A stretch of DNA of 22,386 nt from positions 1 to 22,386 of the forward strand of contig CAXIUT010000067.1 of the NCBI GenBank assembly GCA_964035545.1, read 5' to 3'. This stretch comes from Bugula neritina (taxonomy: Eukaryota > Animalia > Bryozoa). The position numbers and the translations under genes are program-made. Of the stretch, positions 12,200-21,235 are shown piece after piece (the first letter of the stretch is position 1; each line of letters begins with the position of its first letter). The notes beneath the pieces are model-generated. The model had not been told where the DNA came from. It did no database searches and was given only the letters and a program-made list of their open reading frames with translations.

Positions 12200-13840
12200 A
12201 TGAGAGGAATGATGCGTATCGTCCAGGGCTTCTCCAAGAAGCTCAGCATTGCAGATACTGCCAAAGTTATCCAAGATAAGATCATGAACATCTCGCAAGT
12301 GGTACTTCTATGTTTAGTTAGAACGACGTTAAAGAGTTCGGAACTGTCATAAGCATTGGAGACGGTATTGCCAGAGTGGTTGGACTCAATAAAGTTCAAG
12401 CTGGAGAAATGGTGGAATTCCGCTCAGGCATCAGAGGTATGGCTCTCAACCTTTAAACTGATAATGTTGGTGTTGTCATCTTCGGAAACGATAGGTTCTT
12501 CAATCTTTATTCAGATAAATTCAAGAAGGAGACACTGTTACTAGAACTGGAGCTATTGTGGATGTCCCCATTGGAGAGGAAATGTTGGGTCGAGTATTCG
12601 ATGCCCTAGGTAATCCTATTGATGGACTTGGTCCAGTCAAAACTACTCAAAGAAAAAGAGTTGAAATCAAAGCCCCTGGTATTATTCCAAGAAAATCTGT
12701 CAACGAGCCTATGCAAACAGGACTAAAGGCTGTAGATGGATTAGTGCCTATCGGAAGAGGACAGCGAGAATTGATTATTGGTGATAGACAAACGGGAAAG
12801 ACAGCTATTGCTATTGATACTATTATTAACCAAAAGGCTAACTTTATTTCTGGAGATCTTAAGAAACAACTTTACTGTGTGTATGTCGCTATTGGACAGA
12901 AGAGATCAACTGTTGCCAACATTTGTTTGACTTTGAAACTTCATGATGCTCTTAAATATACTATTGTTGTTGCTGCTACTGCTTCTGAAGCTGCTCCTCT
13001 TCAATTTTTGGCTCCCTATTCAGGATGTGCTATTGCTGAGTTCTTCAGAGATAATGGAAAACATGCTCTCATCATCTACGATGATTTGTCTAAACAAGCT
13101 GTTGCCTACAGACAAATGTCTTTGCTGCTAAGAAGACCTCCAGGAAGAGAAGCCTACCCTGGAGATGTGTTTTACTTGCATTCTCGATTGCTTGAAAGAG
13201 CTGCTAAGATGAATAATGATTTCGGAGGAGGCTCTATGACTGCATTGCCTGTCATTGAAACTCAGGCTGGTGATGTCTCAGCATATATTCCAACTAACGT
13301 TATTTCTATTACTGATGGACAAATCTTTTTGGAAACTGAGTTGTTTTACAAGGGTATTAGACCTGCTATCAACGTGGGTCTATCTGTGAGTCGAGTGGGA
13401 TCAGCTGCTCAGATTAAAGCTATGAAGCAGGTGGCTGGTAAATTAAAATTGGAGCTTGCCCAGTATAGAGAAGTGGCTGCTTTTGCCCAATTCGGATCTG
13501 ATCTCGATGCTGCAACCCAACAACTATTGAACAGAGGTGCACAGTTGACTGAGTTGTTGAAGCAGAAGCAATTCGTAATATTATATTAACAAAGGTACCA
13601 ATGGTTGCTGAGGAGCAGGTGTGTGTGATATTTGCTGGTGTGAGAGGTTTTCTCGATAAAATGATGACTTCTTAGATATCTAAATTTGAGTCTAAATTTG
13701 TGGCTCATCTTCGTGCAACTCATATGAGTTTACTTTAAAAGATTAGAAAGGAAGGGCAACTTGATCCATCTGATTAACAAAATTTGAATTCTATCCTTGA
13801 AGCCTTCATTCCTGATTCTGGATGTGCCATGAAACAATGA
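12200..13840 (+). CDS. ATP1: Mitochondrial ATP synthase F1 alpha subunit (nuclear-encoded), 526 aa; introns 12302-12321, 12495-12514, 13575-13594 (all 20 nt)
   Basis: GDGIARV, GMALNL[TAA=E]TDNVG, Walker [52 protein letters not shown]; short basic N-terminal presequence. Confidence 0.99.
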
Positions 13841-13928
13841 TAAATAAACAAATTGAATTTATTACTATTTAAATCAACGACCATCCTTACTATCATCATC
13901 CTTATTATCAACTATCATCACCTTTCAA

Positions 13929-14014
13929 TCACCCTTATCATCTATAATATCATCCTTACCATCTATAATATCATCCTTATCATCTATAATATCATCCTTA
14001 TCATCTTTATAATC
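13929..14014. repeat. 21-bp degenerate tandem repeat (TCATCCTTATCATCTATAATA, ~4 copies) next to the internal telomere tract
   Basis: Directly visible; related low-complexity TCA/TCC-rich sequence extends back to ~13880. Confidence 0.85.
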
Positions 14015-14031
14015 TTTTTTATAAAACCATA

Positions 14032-14106
14032 GGGGTTGGGGTTGGGGTTGGGGTTGGGGTTGGGGTTGGGGTTGGGGTTGGGGTTGGGGTTGGGGTTGGG
14101 GTTGGG
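14032..14106 (+). repeat. Internal telomeric tract (GGGGTT)12GGG, oriented as a right chromosome end
   Basis: 75 nt of perfect G4T2 repeats, followed directly by unique sequence with no inverted C4A2 tract. Confidence 0.98.
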
Positions 14107-14154
14107 CATAACCAAAGATGTCGTTAGTATTACTATAGTAATAATATTTAATTT

Positions 14155-14921
14155 TCACTATGATTATAATGAATCATATGTAATAAGCAAAGCTTATTCC
14201 TTTACTTCTTTCACGCCTACTTCTTTCTTCTTCTCGTTCAATCGAAACAACCTACCGTAAAATCGATTCTTTATCTGATTTCTACTTCGGTGGCTCATTG
14301 TCTTTTGAATAAGTTGCCAATTTTTACCATGTTGGTTGTATAAATCAATCAACTCTAAGTCTTCCTTGACTGTCCATTCATTTTTATTAAGATCCGGACG
14401 GAGATAGTTTTAGTAATGATCTTTTAGTTGTTTATAATTTCTTTCTATATTGCTATTCAAGTACTTGGAAAACTTTGAGCTATAACTTGCCAGTTATTCA
14501 AACCGTACTCTTCTACTCTCTCGAGAAGCATTTTGTCTTCTTTCTTGCTCCAGCAATCCTTCGACTGGTTCTCCAGTCTGCGAAAGCGACTATAGCACAT
14601 TTTAGAGTTTCTTCCAGGTATATGAGAAGCCACTTCTTCGAACCGAATATTCTAGTTTTTGCAAAGACGGAGGAGAAGGGAATCCTCTTCTTCAGTCCAG
14701 GCTTTTTTGGATTGTGAGTATCCTTCTTTGAGGAGGTCTTCTTGAGTCAAGTTTAGGTTTTCTGAGCTATTTATTGTTTTGAAATTATTTTCAGCGTTCT
14801 AAGAGGTAGGATTCTAGGTGGGTAGACTATCAGTGAGGTGATGTTGGATGGAGAGAACAGGGCAGGGAACGAGTAGGTAGTAGAGAGGAGGAGAGTAATT
14901 GTTGAATAGGTAGTTCAGCAT
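14155..14921 (-). CDS. Myb transcription factor with three Myb/SANT repeats, ~248 aa; intron 14445-14464 (20 nt)
   Basis: Repeats read WTEEEDSLLLRL...EVASHIPGRNSKMCYSRF, WSKKEDKMLLERVEEYGLNNWQVIAQSFPKRNYKQLKDHY and WTVKEDLELIDLYNQHGKNWQLIQKTMSHRSRNQIKNRFY. The start codon is less certain. Confidence 0.92.
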
Positions 14922-15482
14922 ATCACTAATAGTGATTTATTTATATTCAATACCATTGATTTACTAAGATAAATATTTACTGATCCATCAAAAATAATGA
15001 TTTAAATCACTTAAAATCTTCTATCTTCCTAACCTACCTCTTCTGATGGTTTTCCTGGGTGATAAGCAGCAGAATAGACTTTGTTTTTAGTCTTTATTTT
15101 TAAACTCAATTTGAATTAAAAATAGATTTTTAGTTCATTAAAAGCCAATCAAAATAGGATAAAGCATGATTGAAGAACCACTTGGGTTTATTTTATGGAT
15201 AAAACTTGAAATAATATTTATTTTTAGAGTAATAATTTCAATTGTAATAACAATCCTCAAAAAAGTGTATCGGATGACTGTTATCATGATTCTATTTAAA
15301 AAAAAAAGACATAAAGGACAATGAGTTGTTATATATAATGACAATATTCAGGTTGGAAAGCAAAATGATTATTTGAACAATATATATTGGTAATATATTT
15401 GTGTTTTATCTTATAATATAGTCATGATTATAAAACTATTCTGAATATTAAATCTAATATAACATATTCTTGATACTTATAA

Positions 15483-18429
15483 ATGACTAGCATCAATGTT
15501 CAAAGTATCTGGATACTTAGTGCTCTTGATAAATTGATTTCTTAGAATAAACCAATCCTGCTCTTGTTATCTAGCTCTTCGAAAAAAAATAAGTCATTTT
15601 GCAAGCACTTCAGAACAATAAAATAGATCCACAAAAATATAAAACTATTGTTGCCAAAGGAAATAAAGATTAAAATTAAATTGTTAAGGCTTGTGCTCAA
15701 TAAGATATCATTAAACTATCTAATCCCAAAGATTAAAATTCTGTTAATACCTGGTTTAAAATGATTATCTAAAATACAGGAGTTCCTTATTAAAAACAAA
15801 AACAACTCTATCACTATTATAAAAATCAAACTAGTCCTCAAAAACCCTCAACTCAACCTGCCCAATCAGTCCAACCAGTACAACCTATTAAACCAGTACA
15901 ACCAGTCCAACCTATTAAACCAGTACAACCGATTCAGCCGATGCCTAAAAAATAAGAGCAAAAAAAGGTCTAGCCACCAAAGGTAGTACCTCAAGTAGCA
16001 CCTCAAAAAGTGGAGAATGGTCCTAATGTTGACTAGATCGTAAGTTTTAAAACTCTTGACACAATGCTTGAAGATTATTCTGGTCCAGTTTCCCGATATG
16101 AAAGGTTGTTATAAAGAAAGATCAAATTATTAGACTTAGTTAAGCGTAAGTAAATGACTGCAGATAAATACAGAGCAACACTTGAGTTATTTAAGAAGCG
16201 TCTTCATGGGTAAATATCAAGATATTAAGGACAGATTTGGCTGATGATTATAAATTTTAGCTTTAATCGATCAATGACTTCCATGATGGCAATGTAGGCG
16301 CATGGTTTTCTGAAGTGATAGATGAGACTAAATTTAATCAGTAGATGCAGATGGATAAATTGACATCACTGAAGAAAGGACCTTCTAAAGTATAAAGCAA
16401 CAAGAAACCTATGAGATAGTCTGTTTCTATAAAACCAAGAGGTGGATACGATATTGGTCAGATTAATAGCTTTAGAGTATTTGATGATCAGCTAGAATAA
16501 CAAGTATAAAACAAGAATAATTACAAATAGGTGTTATAGAAGAAAAAGAAATTTTTATAATTAGCTAAAAGAGGGGAGTTGAATGGCTAAAAATATCGAG
16601 GATTGTTGATGAAGTGCATTTCTTCAGCTAAGAAGTAAATTTAATAGTTATTCAGCTAACAAATCAAATAGACAATGGAATTTTAGTTATCATAATTGGC
16701 TTAATTTCATGATAACAAAATATCTTCGTGGTGGGATGATGTTCTATCGAATGCTGAGTTGATGTTATAGGATCCAGGAAACAGTTATGAAGGACTTGAA
16801 TCAAGGGAAGAAGATAAAAGCTAAAAATAAAGATGATGATGACATTGATATGAAGTTTCTTAATGGATTAGATGACGATGATTAAGATATCAATTTCGAT
16901 TAAGATCTTAATGTTATAGCCAGACCTGCACGAAAACCTAAAAAACCAGCAGTTTAGCCTAAAAAATAAGAACCAAAAAGATAGTAAGATAAGAAATAGG
17001 GATCATCTCCTGGTGGTAGGTCAAGTGAAGGTTCAGATATTTATAGTTTGAAGGTTTTGATGAGTTATTGACTGAAAACCAGAAGAATCCATCTAGATTT
17101 ATGGTATACTACTAGAGGAAGCAGGCTATATTTGGAATGATGCAGAAAGGATAGATAGATGCCAATAAATATAAAATCCTCCAATAAAAAGGTTTATCTT
17201 CTGCTTCAAAGTACAATAGTAGACATATAGTTAAAAGATAAAGGACATAATAGAGATGGACTTGATGGATTTGAATGATATGAATGCATGGAAATGTAGC
17301 TGAATGGTTTTAGAGTTTGATCTAAGATGCTGGATTCAACTTTTAGGAACAAACTTAGATGTATCAGAAGTATAAAGGAAGGGATCTTCTGCTGGCATTT
17401 AAAAGAATAAGGAATAAACATAAGGATCAAATGCTATCAAATAAAATCCTCCAATAGCTGAAGTTATATGCTTTACAGTTATTTCTAAACTATTCGCTCA
17501 TTGCTAGGCTACATAGGATATCCTTTATTACCAATAGTTATTGTAGAAAAGATAGAAGTTGATAGGTTTGGTGACTGAAAATAGATTAATAGCAGGTAAA
17601 TACAAAGATATCAACAAAGCAGCAGCCTCTAAAACATAAAAGTATTCATACTATTAGTATAGTTCTTTTCTTAAAGGCTGTATTCTTGATGAAATTCACT
17701 TACTAGAATAAAAGTATAAAGACAATGAAGAAGAATGGTTTCAACATCTTAAAAAATATTTATTACAATCCCCCTCCTTAATTGAAGTTGCCTGTACGTA
17801 TCATAATAACATAGTAAAATCCTGAGATGAAGCGAGTGAATACTTTATCATCAGCATAGAAGGCAAAATACTTGGCCAAGAAGATGTCAGCTTATGAAAG
17901 TTTGATAGCATATAATAAAGCAAACAATATAACTGAGCAAAATTCTCTTTTATCTGTTTTTTAGAAATCAAAGAAGGAGGTTTTTAAAGCAATTTAGCTC
18001 TTGTCTAAAGATAAAGAGATGGATATATACAATTTATCATAGAAATTGTTTCCTCCAATAACTGTATAGATATTTTATAATGGTAAATATGCTGTTTTGA
18101 AGAAAAGTAATTACTATTGATATATATAGAGGCAGAAACAAGTGTTGGGATATTTTGTTCAAGAAGCAGCAGCTTTGAAGCAATATGGCAATAATATTAA
18201 GAAATCAACTAATGTACAGAATCATCAGGATGTGAAGTAGTAGTTGATAAAATGTGAGTAGAATATTGGGGTGTTGAAGAATTGGCCGGGGAAGGAGTTG
18301 GTTGCCTTTCCTTTGATTAGCCAGTAGAAGGTAGAGAAGTATAATTTGGATTTGAATAAGCATTTGGATAAAAATGAGGTAGAGTTGATTGTTCAGAATA
18401 TGATGGGTTGCATGGCTAGAGTTATTTGA
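15483..18429 (+). CDS. Large uncharacterised protein with four ~100-aa helical repeats, a QP-rich linker and an acidic linker; several tiny introns and at least four single-base frameshifts
   Basis: Repeat cores: LSALDKLISEN..KKEVILQALQNNKIDPQKYK; SFKTLDTMLED..RKIKLLDLVKRKEMTADKYR; SFRVFDDQLEE..KKKFLELAKRGELNGEKYR; SLKV(F)DELLTEN..RKQAIFGMMQKGEIDANKYK. Introns at 16210-16229, 16635-16655 and 17211-17230, with more downstream. Final TGA at 18427-18429. The gene model is approximate. Confidence 0.65.
15864..15947 (+). repeat. Coding 9-bp tandem repeat encoding (Q/K)P(V/I) triplets
   Basis: Translates as QSVQPVQPIKPVQPVQPIKPVQPIQPMP in the gene's frame. Confidence 0.8.
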
Positions 18430-18453
18430 AGTTGTATGTTGGAAAGTAGTAAA

Positions 18454-18909
18454 ATGAAAGGTTTTGGGTTAAAATTCATCCAGGAGTACAAAAGAAGCTA
18501 AAACTATAATTAAATTGCCTGCTAAAGAGATGATGGATGTGATCAAAGGCAATCCAGTTTTAACTGTTCGTTTGTTCTAAAAAAACTTTTGGGGGACTAT
18601 GAAGTTATTCGCTTAGTTTGTTTTAACAGGCTGTTTTATTAGAAACAACATAGTATAGTAGAAAATAACATCTGGTTCTCATGTTCTCCACTACTAGCTA
18701 AAGGTATACAAGCCATCTAAACCACTGATAACTGAAATAACCCATACGACTATGAAGATGCCTGTTCCTTTTAGACCAGATCCTAACTTGTAAAAAGAGC
18801 TATCAAAAGAGTGTCTATCTTATTTGAAGAAGTGATTATCAATATGATGGTTATTAAATATTTGAATGAATAAAAAAGTGATGATCAATATGGTCGTTAT
18901 TATATTTGA
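18454..18909 (+). CDS. Possible hypothetical protein with an in-frame TGA at 18733-18735
   Basis: MKGFGLKFIQEYKRS...IWFSCSPLLAKG..TTDN*NNPYDYEDACSFETRSELVKRAIKRVSILFEEV...; the same frame looks coding on both sides of the TGA. No family recognised. Confidence 0.35.
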
Positions 18910-19535
18910 ATGAATAAAATATGCAAGCAGTGTGATAAAATAGCACTAACTCGATGCATTAAGGGGTATTTGTGTGGGGGATGTGGCAAGCGATGTCATA
19001 ATCGATATTACATCCTGTGGAATTTATTGGTTGCGGATTGGAGAGAAATAAAGTAGTTAAAAGCATGGGAATGCTTAGTTATAAGAATATGGGAGAGAGG
19101 CCTTTGAGAAAAAGTAAAGTTTAAAGTCAACTAAGAGCGAGTAGAAGTTTAAAAGAAGGTCAAATTCATCACAAAGGATCATACAACAGTCACAGTAATA
19201 AAGAATAAAAGGTGCTTTATAGAAAGAGCAGAGATCTTTCTATGTCTAATAAAGAATAAAAGGTGCTTTATAGGTCCAAATATGTATAAAACAAGAAGAG
19301 TATAGGAGTGATGGTGGACTTGAAATAGGATAATAGTATTTAAGAAGATAGATAGAGGTAGTTGTTGTGTCTTCGGATAAGGTATCATAGCAGTAGAGGT
19401 TGTTGAAGTTGATGAAGAGCAAGTTGTAATCTGAAACGTCGCAAAAGCAAGAAGATGGCTATGGAATATGAGTAGAAGTTAAAATGATCCGCAAGATGAA
19501 AAGTTGAATTTTGATAAGTATATGATATATCTGAT
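18910..19535 (+). CDS. Putative protein with an N-terminal B-box-like zinc finger; 3' part probably frameshifted, end approximate
   Basis: MNKICKQCDKIALTRCIKGYLCGGCGKRCHNRYLH has CxxC-x7-C-x5-CxxC-x4-H-x4-H spacing. A 26-bp direct repeat lies at 19197-19222 and 19248-19273. Confidence 0.45.
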
Positions 19536-19645
19536 TAATAAGGTCAAATTTAATTATTTACATGAAACAATATTGATAAATGGTATAATAATAATCATCA
19601 ATGATATAATATAGTATAGTATATTAGCAATATTCAATAGCAAGA

Positions 19646-21235
19646 TCATACTGCATAATTTTTTGATATACTGCAGAAGGGAGAGATGTTTTTTTGTTAG
19701 ATTTCTAATTCTATGGTACTAATCTAGTATGCCTATTATATCTAAACAGCAAAGTCCTTGTAAATTTTTAATCATCAACTGGTATTATCTCACCTTAGAC
19801 TACTAGTCTGTTATATAGATCAGTTATCTATTAGCCTATGAAGCTGCTACCCATTGTATCAGTAGCTTCAATTATTAATCACCACCGAAGGCACCACATC
19901 CCCATCGTCCGCTCACTACTGGCATAAATTAGTCTGCACCCATTTCTGCTCCATTGAAACCAGTCACAGCCTTATTGATCTATCTTCTCACACCCTTCTT
20001 GCTATATTGCTGATTGGCATTCATCACTCGACTAAAATCTGTCGCATCGATTGCCACTATAATCGAGTTGGATACCTGATGATCAGAGCTAACATGTTTG
20101 AGTTATTTATACTAAAAGCTGTCACTGTATCCTTAGTAGTTGCTAAAACGACGAGCTCCGTATATAATAATGGACCTCGTCATCGTCCAGTTACTCGCAA
20201 ATGATCTTGGATATTAGAGTTTATGGAAATATTGAGAATAATACTTACTACTGTACGCAACCGTTTCTTAGAATACCTCCTCCTAGTCGCTTATTGGCAA
20301 AGTCAATCATAATTCCTTTTCCACAGTAATCTTAAATAGATTTTTTTTGTATAGAAAAGATCTACACTGACCTCAGAGGGACTTATCTATCCATTTTCCA
20401 TCACATCCATAAAATCTGTATTACTGTTTCTAGTTCTTTGCAATTTGATAACTCCTTTCAGTAGTGATCGTTTCTAACTACATGTTTAAAATAGGCAATA
20501 AAACATCTTAACTTCTCTCTTCTTACTCTTTGCTTCGAAGGATATAACTAGTTGTATCTTTGAGTCATCAGCTCACCGAAAATGGACATCAGATTATCTC
20601 ATTTGGCGAGGCAGTATACCTAAAAAACATACAAACCAATATTATAAATACTTGTCTCCTTTCTAGTGCTACCAACTCCTGATATCCTGAAACCAACAAT
20701 CTCACGTTATTCTCTATTAGTTTTATATCTTTAGTCAGCATCTCTATTACTACTGGCAGCTATACTCCCCAAAAATCTTAGTCCTTTATGCTTAGAGTTT
20801 TTTAAGTTCTCTATCTTGTGGTATTTCAAATTGGAAAGAATGAACTCCAAGACCTTTTGTTTTGCTGTAGCGATCGTTTAGTTCTTTTAAAGACCTCTAG
20901 ATGTTCTTATAGTAGGTCATAATAGTTGGAGTTAATAAAATGAAGGAAGGTCCCACCATCTTTCTTGCCTCCAATATTTATATCACTGATTACTACTACT
21001 CTATTTGAATAGTATCGCTTCCCTACCTGGAAGATTAGTGGTGCTATCTTGAATCGTTGTTCTTTGATCTTGAGTCATTTTGAGATCTTGGGGACCTTTT
21101 TGGTTATCTTCTGGGAGATTTTCTTGGTTGTCGAGACTATTCTTTTTTATTGGGATTATGTTTATAGGCAAATTTATCTAGAAAGTTGTCCGTTAATTTT
21201 GATTGAGATTTATCTTATTTTTTCATTTTTTTCAT
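19646..21235 (-). CDS. PARG: Poly(ADP-ribose) glycohydrolase; contains frameshift(s), 3' end approximate
   Basis: [29 protein letters not shown] (GGG-x6-QEE signature), [60 protein letters not shown]. The N-terminus is low-complexity and basic. Absent from the ORF track. Confidence 0.93.

Noticed and set aside
12200-13840. Bacterial or organellar atpA, or horizontal transfer
   Set aside because: The gene has three spliceosomal introns, TAR=Glu codons and a presequence, with no operon neighbours. A nuclear ATP1 is normal in ciliates.
14020-14035. Conserved chromosome-breakage motif next to telomere addition sites
   Set aside because: Two ends share only ATA before GGGG and the third has ATC. 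Three AT-rich examples are not enough, and I saw no Tetrahymena Cbs-like sequence.
13925-14260. ORF-track proteins with (QP)n and (GL)n runs, and a FLAG-like DYKDDKDD peptide
   Set aside because: These are translations of the telomere hexamer and the 21-bp repeat. The peptide is not the FLAG sequence DYKDDDDK and there is no vector context.
14922-15482. Gene or ncRNA in the longest internal intergenic gap
   Set aside because: The region is AT-rich with no convincing ORF or recognisable RNA structure; it is probably a divergent promoter region.
1537-21235. Standard ciliate code (UAR=Gln) or a split code (UAA=Lys, UAG=Glu)
   Set aside because: TAA occupies invariant Glu sites (ATP1 NLE, PARG QEE) just as TAG does.
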